A stretch of 64,000 nt of DNA, taken from the NCBI RefSeq assembly GCF_009914755.1, contig NC_060927.1; one strand, 5' to 3'. Positions within the stretch are counted from its first letter, which is position 1. Each line of letters opens with the position of its first letter. The DNA comes from the human T2T-CHM13v2.0 reference genome, Homo sapiens. This document shows, piece after piece, positions 1-14,194 of the stretch. The position numbers were made by a program, and so were the translations under genes. The notes beneath the pieces were generated by a model that had not been told where the DNA came from, did not search any database, and saw nothing but the letters and a program-made list of their open reading frames with translations.

Positions 1-164
1 GTAGCGGGGGGTGATTCTCAAGTTTTGGACACATTCTAAGTAACTTTTTGCAGTGCTTCAACTTTTTACTTGAGTTTATAATAACAATGGCAATATTTTT
101 TATAGTTGTAGAGCTATATGAAATATTTTTACACCTGTTGGCTTCATTGTTCATACAATATCTT

Positions 165-300
165 AGTGAGGGGGAAGGTAGGATTGTTTTCGTTCCTGTT
201 TTACAGACAAGGAAATTGAGGCTCAGAGAGCAGATGGGATTTCTCTGGCCGCTTGGCTGGTTGATGTGGAAGTCAGGAGTGAGGATGCCAAGTTTCACAC
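165..300 (-). mobile_element. MIR SINE fragment
   Basis: Degenerate MIR core in reverse (ttttacagacaaggaaattgaggctcagaga); boundaries approximate. Confidence 0.6.
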
Positions 301-689
301 TTCTTCCTGTGCCAATGACCTGGAGGAGTGTTTTTCTCAAATTCACATTTCTTTATCCTCCACAGTCTTGGGTGTCACTCTTGGAAGTGTAAGATGGTCA
401 TGAGTTTCAAAGATTTCTGAGATAAGCTGTTAAGATTTTCAAAGATGAGCTATAGAGAATTTGGGACATAAAATGTGTTTCTTCCAGTAACTCTTGCTTG
501 CTATCATGTTGTTGGTTCAAATTGAACATGTTGATAAGTGCCAGGGAGGAAAGAAACCAGTACCTGCTACTTATTGGGCACCTTTTTTGCCCTGAACTCA
601 GTACTGCCTGCTTTTCCATTTGAGTATCTAGAAACATTTATGGATGGAGTGATTGTAATATTGTACAATTCTGTCAACTAGTTTATTAG

Positions 690-795
690 CTAATTCTCAT
701 AAAAGCCTTAGGAGGTAGATAAACAATATTATTTTCCATTTTACAGATGAGAAAACTGAGGTTTAGAGAGATGAAATAACTTGCTTATAACTTGC
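690..795 (-). mobile_element. MIR SINE fragment
   Basis: ccattttacagatgagaaaactgaggtttagagag...aacttgc matches the reverse MIR core. Confidence 0.75.
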
Positions 796-828
796 TTGAG
801 AGAACACAGGTCCTAAATAGATTATAAT

Positions 829-1132
829 CTTTTTTTTTTTTTTTTTTTTTTTGGCAGAGTCTTGCTCTGTCATCCAGGCTGGAGTGCAATGGTGCAATCT
901 TGGCTCACTGCAACCTCCGCCCCACCAGGTTCAAGCGATTCTCCTGCTTCAGCCTCCCAAGTAGCTGGGATTACAGGTGCACACCACCACACCCAGCTAA
1001 TTTTTGTATTTTTAGTAGAGACGGGGTTTCACCGTGTTGGCCAGGCTGGTCTTGAACTCCTGACCTCAAGTGATCTGCCTGCCTCGGCCTCCCAAAGTGC
1101 TGGGATTACAGGCCTGAGCCACTGCACCCAGC
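829..1132 (-). mobile_element. Full-length Alu (AluS-type)
   Basis: Poly-T, then both Alu arms in reverse, ending gagccactgcacccagc. Confidence 0.97.
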
Positions 1133-1317
1133 TGTAAGTAGAGTATAATGTAAGTTTTCTAATTTGAGACTTCTTTCTTCCTTGCTGCACCCCATCTACG
1201 CCATGTGTTGCCCATCCCACTGGTGAAAATGCAGAGCTGCTTGTTAAGGAGGTACATGTCAGACCTTGGAATTTACTGGAATCAGACCTGGAAGGTACTA
1301 TGAAGAGCTCAGAAGGC

Positions 1318-1544
1318 TGGTGGTTTTCAAGCTGTTCTCTTCTGAGCCTGAGAGACTCCAGGAGTCATCTTGAGGGATATAGCACGGAGGGAGGTGAAAA
1401 GTGGTGGGAAGTGGAGGAAGGAAGGGGACCGCTAGAGCCAACCTGAGTCGCTCTGCTTTTTCCTATTTTGTAAGCTAAGCATTGTCAAAGCATCCATTTA
1501 AAGGAAAAGTTCTGCTGCTACATATAAAAGTTAAAAAACCACTG
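1318..1544. mobile_element. hAT-Charlie-type non-autonomous DNA transposon (MER-like; subfamily uncertain)
   Basis: Terminal inverted repeats (t)ggtggttttcaa ... ttaaaaaaccactg around about 200 bp; no clear TSD. Confidence 0.5.
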
Positions 1545-2299
1545 TGTCTACCCTTCCTTTTGCTAACACTGAGAGGCAGAGTGGTTCAGCACAAGGGGAC
1601 ACAAAGTGGCTTAGCACGAGTCACGAGATGTGACGGGTCTGAGACCTCTCAGCCTAGAGCTCCCTTACCCCTGGGCCACTTTGTTAGACACACCTCCTTT
1701 AATTCAAATCCCCGTCTCAGTGGGACATGGCTTTTTCATTTTTTCAAGGAAAGGTTTAATCTGTCCAGATCCCTGTGAAGATCTTGGCTCTTGGCGCACC
1801 TGCTGGAGGTTCGAGGTCCTGCAACCACAGAGTAGCTGCAGGACCTTCAGGATGTCCCGAGCCACAAGGTCTTTGACCTGCATTTTGCAACCTGGTTGTG
1901 TCTCCCCTTTGGACTCTGGGAACCTTGCTGAGATTGGTACAATATCTGTGCTAAAAAGGTTTGAAATTATAGCTAGTATTGTGTTACCTTCCTGGTCCAA
2001 CCTTCACAGACATTGTCTGACTAAGTATATATAACTCTTGAGTGTTCACTGTGTACACCGGCTCACAAGAAAGGCAAGGTTCCTGATCCCAAGGATCTAA
2101 TGGAGAGACAGAAACAAATATAAACTTTTGTCAACTATTTCAGAGACAGTTATTTTTGTTATACAAGATTGTTATGCATGCTAGTTATGTGGAGAGGATT
2201 TCATCTCTTAGAAATGAGACGGGGAGAATCTGGGCGATGAGAAAGAAGACCAGAACTGGGGAGTACAGTCTAGAATTGCAAGGGGTTGAGTTTGCTATG

Positions 2300-2518
2300 T
2301 GAAGCAGTTAGTTTTGGACTGTTGCACTTACTATTTCTGAGATTTGAGCATCTGACTTTTCCTTTAAGCTTTTGTTTTCTCATTTGTAATATGGGAGTGA
2401 GAGTGCCTAGTTCACAGGGTCATTGCTGGGGTTAAATGAGATAATGTATGTAACCTGCTTAGTATAATACCTAGCACAGAGTAAACACTCATTAAATTTT
2501 CATTGTTATCGTTGTTAT
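2300..2518 (+). mobile_element. MIR SINE
   Basis: gttttctcatttgtaatatggg...ttaaatgagataatgtatgtaa...cctagcacagagtaaacactca matches MIR core and 3' tail. Confidence 0.8.
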
Positions 2519-2761
2519 GATTTGGCAGCGAGGAGTCAAAAGAGCCTATTTTCTTAAACTCATCAATGGTATAATCAGAGCTTTGCATCTCGAAGTAAAG
2601 GAACACTCTGCTTTTATTATTTATTTATTTTTCACTCTGCTTTTAGACATAGAATTCAATTGCCTCAGGCTACAACAAACTGGCTTCAATCTACCTTTCT
2701 GAGTTAACTTCTGTTTATTTCTATCCATCTGCCCACTTCTCTCACTAGTGACCTACACATT

Positions 2762-3082
2762 TTCTTTTTTTTTTTTTCTTTTCTTTTTTTTTTTTTTCTT
2801 GAGGTGGACTCTTGCCCTGTTGTCCAGGCTTGAGTGCAGTGGCATAATCTTAGCTGACTGCAACCTCTTCCTGCCGGGTTCGAGCCATTCTCCTGCCTCA
2901 GCCCCCTGAATAGCTGGGATTACAGGCACACACCACCACGCCTGTTTAGTTTTTGTATTTTTAGTAGAGATGGGGTTTCACCAGGTTGGCCATGCTGGTC
3001 TTGAACTCCTGACCTCAGGTGATCCGCCTGCCTCGGCCTCCCAAAGTGCTGGGATTACAGGTGTGAGCCACCGTGCTCCACC
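2762..3082 (-). mobile_element. Full-length Alu (AluS-type)
   Basis: T-rich tail, two arms, probable TSD cacatttt(t)ct on both sides. Confidence 0.97.
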
Positions 3083-3152
3083 CACATTTTCTAAGCTTGA
3101 TTTTAACTTGCTGGTCTTTGTCATATCTTCTCAGTCATTGCTGGGGTTCAAA

Positions 3153-3304
3153 TCTTTCTTTTCTTTTTCTTCTTTTTTTTTTTTTTTTTTAAAGATGGGA
3201 ATCTCACTATGTTTCCCAGGCTGGTCTTGAACTCCTGGGCTCAAGTAATACTGCCTTGGCCTCCTGAGTAGCTGGGACCATAGACATATGCCACTGTGTC
3301 TGGC
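3153..3304 (-). mobile_element. Free Alu monomer (FLAM/FAM-like)
   Basis: Single about 120-bp arm (ctcactatgtttcccaggctggtcttgaactcctgggctcaag) with T tail. Confidence 0.85.
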
Positions 3305-3309
3305 TTAAA

Positions 3310-3590
3310 TATTTCCTTCTGTCGGAATGCCCTTTGTTCCTTCATCTGTGCCCCCCTGCTCCATCCTCTTTTAATTCCTAGCCCAAAAGTCTAACCCACC
3401 CATTGGGAGGGATTCTGCAGAACTCATAGAGTTTACAACATCTTGTCCTTCAATTGCAGTCAGTCTCTGTCTTGAACTGGATTTGTGAGCTCCTTGAAGT
3501 TGTTTGTATCTCACAGCTCTTTGCTGTAACATCCCTGGGGATTCAAGCACGCACACATAGTAGATGCTCACACATCTATGCAATAAATTA
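3310..3590 (+). mobile_element. L2 LINE 3' fragment
   Basis: ttccttctgtcggaatgccctt ... gtgagctccttgaag ... cacatagtagatgctca resemble the L2 3' end. Confidence 0.55.
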
Positions 3591-4489
3591 CTTTAGTGTC
3601 TTTCTCAAATGATCAGCACAGGAAGCAAATGATAAAATGCAAACCAGAAAACAGACCTCACTGGGCTCTGTGCTTGTCAGCCTTGGGAATGGATTTCTGG
3701 CGAAGATCCGGCCCCTCTACAAATGACAGAGATGACTTGGCTCTTTTCAGGAATTGAAGAGAATCCTGACAAGTGGCATGTTGGGAAAGGCCTGAAGGAA
3801 GCCAGACCAGCTTGCTCTCAGAGCTCCTTGGGTCCCCTGCGGCCCCCAGGTGATCTTCAGCAAGACCTGGTATGTAAATGAGCCTCATCTGCTGGCTCAG
3901 CCTGCTGCCCACTGCTAGGGATGCTAGAATTCCAGGGTAAGCTTCTGTGAGCCGGGCTGGGAGGTTTAGTGGGTTGGAGATTACTAGCTTTTTGGTATCT
4001 GCAGCTTGAAATACCTTGTGCCCTTGATTAATTCATGCTTGGGAGCATCCTCAGTGCTCTCTGGAAAATAGCTCCTTACTGTATGTTTATTTCCCCACGG
4101 GCTTATTTCAGAGAGACTGGAGCCTGTGTTTCTAACAGCTTCTCCAAGGAAAACATCGCAGGCCACGTTTCCGGAACTGAGAATCTCAGGGGGTCTTTGA
4201 AACGTCCATCTCTATTACCTCCTTTTGGCCCAGCATTTGCTTTTAGCTGAAAAGGGAGATTTTGTCTTGAGCCTTCCTGTAGACATATGTGACTTGGAGT
4301 TTGAAAATCTGACAGCTGCTGCTGAGCTTTGAACTGCAAGAGTGAGCAGCATATAGACATAACCCCGTAGAACATCAAATCATTTTCCTTTAATTCCCAG
4401 AGACTTAATGTTTCTTTGTCTTGCGAATGACCTCACTGCTTTTTGTATTTGTAATGGAATGCACAGTCATTTGTAAGTAATCACACAAT

Positions 4490-4715
4490 AATCCCTTACA
4501 CTTTTATAATGCCTTACCCTTTTCCATAGGGCTTTCACTCTCATTATCTCATATGATCCTTATAACTGCTCTGAGATATAAGCAGAGCGCCTATTTTAAT
4601 CTCCAATTTTCAGGTGTAGAAACTGAGGTTCAGAATAAAGTTAGCCAGAGTTAAAACAGTTAGTATGTAGCAGAATTGGAAAGGGAGTCTACAGAATTGG
4701 AACTGGAGTCTCCTA
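4490..4715 (-). mobile_element. MIR fragment
   Basis: ccaattttcaggtgtagaaactgaggttcaga, reverse MIR core. Confidence 0.7.
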
Positions 4716-4734
4716 AACCAGTGTTTCTTTTGCT

Positions 4735-4870
4735 CCTTATTGCTGGTGTGACCTTGGGAATATACTTAACCTCTCTGAACCTCAGTCTTCCTATCACTAA
4801 ATTGGGTATAATACTACCTCCTGGGATAGTTGTTGGAAGGGATTCAATGAGACTGGGAAATCATTTAATA
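4735..4870 (+). mobile_element. MIR fragment
   Basis: tgtgaccttgggaatatacttaacctctctgaacctcagt, forward MIR core. Confidence 0.75.
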
Positions 4871-5557
4871 AAAGGTAGAACACACTAATAATGGGAGGCA
4901 TCATTGTACTTACTACATGGGCCTTGACGGCGAACAGTGCCATCAGAACTGTGAAAGAAAATAACATTTTTTCTCTCTTTTTAGAAAGACACAGGTTCAG
5001 AATGGTGTTGTCAGGGATCACAAGCTCCCAGCCCCGTGATTAGCAAATTGACCCTGCTGCCCTGTCTGCTGGCTGCTTTCTTATTCTGAGAATTGTGTTG
5101 ACAAGACCCTCTTTTCCTACAGAGCTCTCTCTTAATGTTGCTTGGAATAGCCTTGTGTCCTGGAGACAGTTTTAGGTCTGGCAGGATCTGAGAACAGGAG
5201 TGGGGATCTTGGAATGGGATCTGCATCCCTGAGCTTCATCCACAAAGGGTGGGAATGTGGCTTGGGCTGTGGGGTGGAGGTAGATGAACAGCTGGACTTG
5301 CAGGTCTATCTTCTGTTGTTTCTCAATAAAGTAGACAAGTCCATCTGATGGGTGTTTAGTAGGGTATGACTTGTGAGTCCACAAGGCCAGCAGTATATAT
5401 GCTGAATGGACTGCTTAGCAGTAACACACTGGAAAAATCCAAAAAGAATGGATTTCAAGTTGGCAAAAAATGCATTAGAAGTCAGCAGTGTGATGTGGTC
5501 AGGAGAACAACCAGAGTGACTGTGGGATGAGGTCTTGGATAGCTTTGTTTCTATATA

Positions 5558-5850
5558 CAGTCAGCCCTCTGTATCCATGGTTTCTGCATCCATGGATTCA
5601 ACCAACCAAGGCTCGAAAATATTAAAAAAAAAAAAAATCCAACCATAAAAAAATACAAATAAAAAAACCAATATAATATAACAACTGTTCACATAGCATT
5701 TGCATTCTCAGGTATTATAAGTAATCTAGAGATGCTTTAAAGTATACAGGAGATACTACCTCATTTTATATAAAAGACTTGAGCATCTCTGGATTTCGGT
5801 ATCTCAGGGGTCCTGGAACCAATTCCCCATGGATACTGAGGGAACGAGTG
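5558..5850 (-). mobile_element. MER2 (Tigger-family MITE)
   Basis: TIRs cagtcagccctctgtatccatgg ... ccatggatactgagggaacgagtg flanked by TA on both sides; internal ggggtcctggaaccaattcccc is typical of MER2. Confidence 0.9.
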
Positions 5851-7264
5851 TACATACTCACCTACAAAAATTCCAAACCAGTGAGACAGACATAGGTTGA
5901 AATATGGTCCTGAGAGGCAGAACGTGAAGCAAGGGATGGAAGGCCGGGGAGGAACCAGATTTCAGTTCCGTGTAAGGAAGAACTTTCTGATGGAAAGATG
6001 GAATTTGCAGTGGCAGGAGATAATGATCTTTGCTTCACTGGAGACCTCAGGAATACCAATGGGGCAGGCACTGGGCTTAATGGCCTTTATGGCCACTTCT
6101 AATTTTGAGATCACAGAGCTAGGAGGATGAGAGGCACACATATATTGAAGGAACTGAAGGGTCTCTCTCTATGTGGATGTGGAAACTGATCTCCAAATGT
6201 TTGCAAGATGGAGGGTACGTTTAAAATATTTCATTCTGGTTTTCATATTGATCTCTGTGGCTCTCCCCTTGGTCTTTGGTTTTTAAAGCTTAAGACCATT
6301 CCCAGAAGCTCTTTTCCATGGAATAATCTCCTTTCTTTGCTGGAATGCTCCTGTTGGGATGCAGGAAGGGACTCTGAGCTCCTGACAGAATGAAGACCAC
6401 CCCTTTTTGCTCTCCAGACCTAATTTTGACGTCCCACGCCCACCCGCTGAGGAGGGTTGCAATGGCGAGATCTCTGTCCTGAATTCTGGTTCTGGCATGC
6501 AGTGGAAGGCCCTCTGATTCTGTTTCCTTACCTATTTTAATAGTAACTTATATTTGTGTTCCTTCATTAAATGTACAATAAATAATAAATGTTTGCTTAC
6601 GGCATGCTTGTTAAGTATAAAACAAATAATCAAAATGAATGTGTAATGACCCTTTGGATAGACCAAGTAGAAGCTGCTTTTAGGACACATGATTGGACCA
6701 TTTCTAGATATCTGCCTAATTTGTAAATGAAAAATATGTAAGCTACACAAGGAGCACTGACTCGTCTAAAATCTTAACGACTGACTGATTTGGGCTTGGG
6801 GTTTGGGGCTTGGGTCCTTCATGCCCTGATCAGAGCTGTTTATAGCTTGAAGACTTCCTGGGGGTGAGAACAAGCAACCTCTTGGTGCAGTCCAAAGCCA
6901 GGAAATGGGTGACGATTTTGAAAAAGGACTCATCTGACCTCCAGAAAGCCTTTACAACCAACAGTAGAACGAGATCACTAAGAAACAGAACCACCGGGAA
7001 GCCAAGATGTGGTACTTGGATTCCCATCTCGGAGCACCTCCTATATCCCGACACACCATTTCCCCTAGTGTCTGATCTCTCTTTCTCCTCCTTTAATTCA
7101 GTCTGGAGTCATTTTAGATCAGATTCATTCCTGATTGGCTTCACTGCTCCAACTTAGTCATCACAGAACCTTAGGGTTGGAATCCATGTTACAAGTTAAA
7201 CTGAGCAATTCACCCCCACTTTTCCTGACAACAGTGTTCTCTTGAGAGTCTGGTTTTATTCTGA

Positions 7265-7812
<548 letters not shown>

Positions 7813-9510
7813 TAATGATTTATTTCATAAATTTAGTTGCATTCTGGATGGTCTCATTCTTAAGATGAGCTTAAAGCCTTTCAGACCAGTCACTTCCTTG
7901 TTTGGGGTGGAGGAGGTTTTTTCCTGGAATAGGACAGTGTATGGAAGGGTTGAGAATCCACTTCTTTAGCGGTTAATAATTTACTCCGAGTAAGGAATTC
8001 TTTGTTAAAGTGGGGCATGTTCTTCAAGTGCCAGAGAAGAGAGAAGGGTGATTTTTCTGACATCCTCCAGCCTGCTTCTCCATATTTGGAAATGTTTACC
8101 CACCAGGCTGATCTATTGGAAGAGAGGGAGGTGACTCAGGGTTTAGGAGAAGCAGGATTTGAATTCTTGTTTCCAGAAACAAAGTCGTCCCCCCACCCTG
8201 CCCCCACCCTTCCCCCTTCATTCCTCTGTCCCTTGTTCTGGAAGCTGAGGCGAGAATGTCTCAGTTCTGTTCCCTTCAGGCTTCGAGACCACCGCCTTGC
8301 TGTGTCCCGTAGTGGACTGAGGGCCTGCAAGAGGGAGTGAGGGCTAGTGGAGGGCCAGCTGCCTGTGGGGGCTGGACATCGTGTGAGTACATCATTACTG
8401 CCATTTCTGCTCACAGACCTGGGGCTTACAGCCTGTGGGCTGGCTCACTTGCATGGTGATGGGACACGTTGCTGGGAGTGCTGGTCACTTTTATTTGGGG
8501 GTGTGGACAGCTGCTTTCCCAGGGGAGTACTTCTTACAGTGGGATTTCAAGACAAGATCGGCCTGAAGAAAAATTATATTTGTATATTTTTTAAAAAGTA
8601 GGTATTTCCTCTCATCTGAGGCCTAACTTGAGTTGGGTAGAAAGACAATTTGGGAGTGCTGTTGTCTGATGATTAAGGCTAAAGCAACAAGCTGGAAGGG
8701 ATGTCGGGATGTCTGTGGACATGTAGGGAGGGGTAGTTTTAGCTTGAAAACAGTTATGGTGGGATTTAAGAGTATGCAAAATGTTGATGTGTAGCATTTG
8801 CACAGCATCCACGGTCTGGAATACCTTGTGTGCAGGTCACTGTGTAGATTTGATGAGTTGTCAGAGTTGGAAGAGTCCTGCAGAGTTTTCAGCACATCTG
8901 TCTAATTTCACAGTGTGAGATAATGGGCAGCAGAGACCCAGGCCCTGAAGACAGATGGCTCATTATGTGGGATTAGAACCCAGATCTTCTCTCTCAGTTC
9001 GTTCTCCTTCCCCTAGACTTAAGCTGCCCCCTCTATTGCGAGATGAGGAAATTGGGAGATGTTAGAACTGTCCACACTTACTAATCTAGTTGGTGGGAAA
9101 TTGAGGACTAGAACCTACTTCTAGTTCAGACCTCTTCCCGTTAGGATATATGGGCTCAGATGCCTAGATTTGTTGTTTTTGTATGAGGCTCTTTTCTTTT
9201 CTTTTTGTTCTTTGATTTTTACTTACCTTTCCCTTCTTTTGTTCATGTGAATGTCGTATGAATGCAACCTTCTGCTCTCCTTTGCTCCCTATATCTTTCT
9301 CTTTCACGAAAGGGGATGATCACTTGTCCAAAAGGCAGAATGAATAGTGTGGAACTTCCTTTCTATCCATGGAAGTGAAAATTATGCAATTTTCCCTGAG
9401 AGAAATTCAGCAAGTCTTCCCATCTGAGCCTCTACCACTATTCTTGAAGCTGTAAGAATTCTGGAATATTATGCCCATTCAAAGGTGAGTCCTGATTCTG
9501 ATTAGATTTT

Positions 9511-9512
<2 letters not shown>

Positions 9513-9560
<48 letters not shown>
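9513..9560 (+). repeat. (AC)24 microsatellite
   Basis: Perfect dinucleotide run. Confidence 0.98.
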
Positions 9561-9562
<2 letters not shown>

Positions 9563-9656
9563 TTTAAGCCTACCAAAGCAGGATAGAGACCCAGAAGACA
9601 CCGACCTATTACGTCACCTCAGATGTTTCACAGCCATCAGGAGTAACTCTTTGTAG

Positions 9657-9989
<333 letters not shown>

Positions 9990-10510
9990 TCGGATCAACT
10001 TGAGGGCCTTATTTTCCAGTGCAGGGAAGATGGTAGAAATATGTTTTGGGGAAGCATTTTATTACCAGTGGCATTAGGTGGCAGATGTAATAGAGCAGAG
10101 GAAGTGCTCTGAGACCTATGTTTGTTCTGGCCAGTTTTAAAGAGAGGGGAAGCGACTCTCTAATCTGCTTTGAAGCAAGTGGGAGGAGGGAAGTTGCACA
10201 GGACTCCCAGGAACCTGTACACAATCTGTCTCCTTCTGTGACCAGCTGAGGCTGGGTGGTGACTGTAAGCCCTGTTCATGAGACAGGAGGAGAGAGCCTT
10301 GAAGAAGGAAAGCCTGGGGTGTTTTTCTGTGGTGCTGAGGGACAGGGACAGTAAGAGGTTGGAGTAAATAATACCAGTATGAATACTAATACTCTGAATA
10401 AGGACAGCTGACAAGCATTGGTTGCTTAATGGGTGCCAAGCACAGGGCTAAACACTTTACCTAAATTATTGTGGCACTATAGCTGCCTTTGAGTAGGAAC
10501 TATTTTTTAA

Positions 10511-11231
10511 AATATTATTTTTAATTTTGGTGTAATACATATAAAATTTGCCATCTTGATGGTTTTTAAGAGTACAGTTCAAGCCTGGGCATGGTGGCTC
10601 ACGCCTGTAATCCCAGCACTTTGAGAGGCCGAGGTGGGCAGATCACTTGAGCCCAGGAATTCAAGTCCAGCTTGGCCAACGTGATGAATCCCCACCTCTA
10701 CTAAAAATACAAACATTAGCTGGGCCTGGTTGCATGCACCTGTGGTCCCAGCTACTCAGAAGGTGGGGATGGGAGGATTGCTTGAATCCAGGGAGTGGAG
10801 GTTGCAGTGAGCCAAGATTGCCCCACTGCACTTTAACCTGGATGACAGATCGAGACCCTGTCTCAGAAAAAGAAAAAAAAAAAAGAGTACAGTTCAGCAG
10901 TGTTAAATACATTCATATTGCTGTGTAATCAGTCTCCAGGCCTCTTTCATCTTGCAATCTGAAACTTTGTACCTATAAGCAACAGCTACCCATTTTCCTC
11001 TCCTCCAGCCCCTGGCATCCTCCATTCTACTTTCTTTCTCTATGAATGTGACTACTCTAGGTTCTGTATCTAAGTGGAATCATACCGTATTTGTCTTTTT
11101 GTGACTGGCTTATTTCACTAAGCGTAGTGTCCTTAAGGTTCATCCATGTTGTAGCATGGGTCAGAATTTCTCCTTTTTAAGGGTGAATTATATTCTGTGG
11201 TAATGAATATACCACATTTTGTCTATCCATT
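10511..11231 (-). mobile_element. L1MB-type 3' end, interrupted by an Alu and inserted in a MIR
   Basis: Typical L1M 3'UTR text (gtggaatcataccgtatttgtctttttgtgactggcttatttcact); 17-bp TSD tagg(a/t)actattttttaa at 10494-10510 and 11232-11248. Confidence 0.88.
10582..10883 (+). mobile_element. Alu (AluJ-like)
   Basis: Two arms plus A tail; TSD aagagtacagttca on both sides. Confidence 0.95.
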
Positions 11232-11817
11232 TAGGTACTATTTTTTAACCTCCATGTTATAGAAGAACAGCAACCAGAGACTTCAAAGGGTTAATTAAGT
11301 AAGTGGCCCAAAGTCACATAGTCAGTAGTGGAGACTAATTTTACCTAAGAATGGCATGTGATCAGGAGTAAGCAGATATTGGATTCTAATTGGCAAGAGT
11401 GTGACAAATCAGGGTGCTTCTCAACTGGATGGTGACACCTCCTTACACCTTGCTATGGCATTTCAATAAAGCAAGTGTTCCAAAGGGCTGTACGCAGCTA
11501 TGCTTCCTTTCTTTTGTATTGGGCTCTAGGAAGCCCATAGCTAAATTTAAAGCTCACCTCTAGCAAATGGTATGAGACATCCAGCTCTTATTTTTTGTAT
11601 CCCTTTCTCCTTTCTTTGCTTTATTTTCTCCTCTCCTTACCCACTTTCTCACTTAAATCATGAACTATTAGCATCTTTTGTCAGGTACCTCAGATCATTT
11701 CTGGAACAAGGCAGAATATATAGATATGTGGCATGATATCTAATATTTTAGTAATTATTAAGTCTGTGGAATAGTAGGCCAAAACTGGCCATGATTTTTC
11801 TGACTTGACTCTGCTCG

Positions 11818-12130
11818 TCTTCTTCTTCTTCCTTTTTTTTTTTTTTTTTTGATGGAGTCTCACTCTCTTGCCTAGACTGGAGTGCAGGGCGTGATCTTGG
11901 CTCACTGCAACCTCTGCTTCATGGGTTCAAGCCATTCTCCTGCCTCAGCCTCCCGAGTAGCTAGGACTACAGGCACTTGCCACTACACCCCACTAATTTT
12001 TGTATTTTTAGTAGAGACGGGGTTTCACCATGTTGACCAGGCTGGTTTTCAACTCCTGACCTCAGGTGATCTGCCTGCTTCAGCCTCCCAAAGTGATGGG
12101 ATTACAGGCATGAGCCACCACACCCCACCT
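11818..12130 (-). mobile_element. Full-length Alu (AluS-type)
   Basis: Two arms; TSD t(g/a)actctgctc. Confidence 0.96.
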
Positions 12131-12214
12131 AACTCTGCTCATAATGCAATGTTTCATCTGGGCAATGCCCTGCCCCTTTCTGAGTCTCACTTTTCTCACC
12201 TGAAAGAGGAGGTT

Positions 12215-12445
12215 ACTGTTGATGACAGTGAACATTTAGGCTGTGCTGAGTTTTACACTAAGCATCCTGTCTCTAACTCTCCCAACACTCCCACAAGGCA
12301 GGTGCTATTATCCCCATTTTACTTTTGAGAAAATTAAGGCCTAAAGAAGTGAGAAAGCTTGTCCAAACCGCTATAGCTCTTGGGCAAAGGCATTAGTGAC
12401 CAATGTGTATTTGACTCCAAAGCCCAGGATGTTAGCCACAGTGCA
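12215..12445 (-). mobile_element. MIR SINE
   Basis: caaggcaggtgctattatccccattttacttttgagaaaattaaggc, reverse MIR. Confidence 0.75.
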
Positions 12446-12494
12446 GGGCTACTATCCTTTTATACAATCTGTCAGGCTTCTTCCATCCGTGGCA

Positions 12495-13230
12495 TGTATT
12501 CATCTAATTTTATTAAATCTTTATTGAGTTTCCACTTAGGTGCCTTGCACTGTTCTGGGCATTATCCCAGTACTCGATTTAGAGCAAAGAGTAAGACACA
12601 CACAACAACGATCTCTTGGTGCTTACACGCTGCTGCAGGTGTGTGAAGGAGGCAGATAAAGGAACACTTAAACAAGAGGGACTGATAAGTAACCCAAGGG
12701 AGGAGTCACAAAGGGCATTCTGACTGTGAGTGAGTGGGGAAGGACTCTGGGAGGTTATGTTTAAGCTGAGATCTGAGTGACAAGGAGGCCACCTTGTAGA
12801 AGTTGGGGGAAGAGCACTGCAGGCAGTGGAGACGGTCAATGCAAAGGTCAAGGCTGTGAAGTGGGAAGGAGTTTGTGTTTGAGGAACAGAAGGAGACTGA
12901 TGTGCTGGCAGGATGTGGGCTGCAGGGGAAGAAGCAGGAGAAAAGAATAGGGTCTAGCAGGTGGTGGTAAGTGAGAGACCTGAGCTTCTTAGACCTGAGT
13001 CCAGATGTGATGGGTTATGTGTTACAGGCATCTTTCCAGCTGCTGTGGAGGGAACCTGATAGTAAAAGGGAGTCAAGGGTAGAAGCAAGAAGGTTAGGCT
13101 AGACTTTTACCGTAATTCAGGTGTGATGTGGTGGTAACTTTGACTAGGGCCTAGAAGTTGGGCAGGAGAGGTAAGTTTGGGGCATGTTTGGGAGTGATCG
13201 TCTATAGGATCTCAAGTGTGATTTCCTTCA
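12495..13230 (-). mobile_element. L2 (L2a-like) 3' region
   Basis: tttattgagtttccacttaggtgcc..., gaggttatgtttaagctgagatctgagtga..., ggaagagcactgcaggcagtgg are reverse L2 hallmarks. Confidence 0.75.
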
Positions 13231-14194
13231 GAGAAATGCTGAGCTAAATGGGCAGGAATCTGGGATACTCAGAGGGAAATGAAAATAGGTGCCCTAGGGG
13301 GTTGCCCAGATAAGCAGCTGGCGTTCCAAGACCAAAGAGTATCTGTTTCTCACCCCTCTCCCATTTAGTTTCTAACCTTGAGCTTTGGGCCAGTGCACAG
13401 AGGACGGTGGCTTCCTGCCTTTGGCTTCCCAGCTGAGAGCTGTTGGAACGCCCCAAAATAAGCCCTGCAGAACGTGCAGCTTCCTTTGCTCTCCCTGGGT
13501 ATTTTTGTAAAACATTCTTTCCCACCAAGAATGAGGAACGTTCAGAGTGATGCTGACTTTATGGGCTGTATTTAACATGTTGTTTTTTCATGGTGTTGTC
13601 TGTTCATGCAGAGATTTCTGTCTCCTGTAAACTCCCTGGTAAGGAATCTTCAATCTCCATGTGAGATGGGTCTGGAAGGCTCAGTGGGAGCCCAGAAGAG
13701 CTGGGGTTTGAAAGCCTCTCCTTGTCTTGAGGACTGGACTGCGGTCCAAGGGCACCTACCAGCCCTCTTTTTTCATTTACATTTGAATTCACAGTTGCTG
13801 CCCTTTGGCAGTTCCCTGTAATTCCTTTTAACAGGCTGGGCTTTCCTGCAGATACTTCATTTTTCAGGTCTTGGAGAAGTTAGGTAGTGGCTGAATCAGG
13901 TAGAGAATCCAAAATTCTGACCAAGCCCCATCCTCTAGCCACCAGGCCAAAGCAACTTAGCTTGTGACCTCATCCTCCTGTGTATCCCCTGGCAATCTTA
14001 TACTATAATCAGCCTAAGCCCAGAGATGCTCAGAAATCATACACTAAGTCATCTAAAACTCATTTCTGAGGCTTTCTCATGCGCCCCTCTTGCAGTCTGT
14101 AGTTACCAGGTTTTCAAATAATTAGCATAATCTCTTAAAAACAGTGTTTTGTTATTGCTCATTCAAGTTTCTTCTAAAATTTCTTTTATATTAC

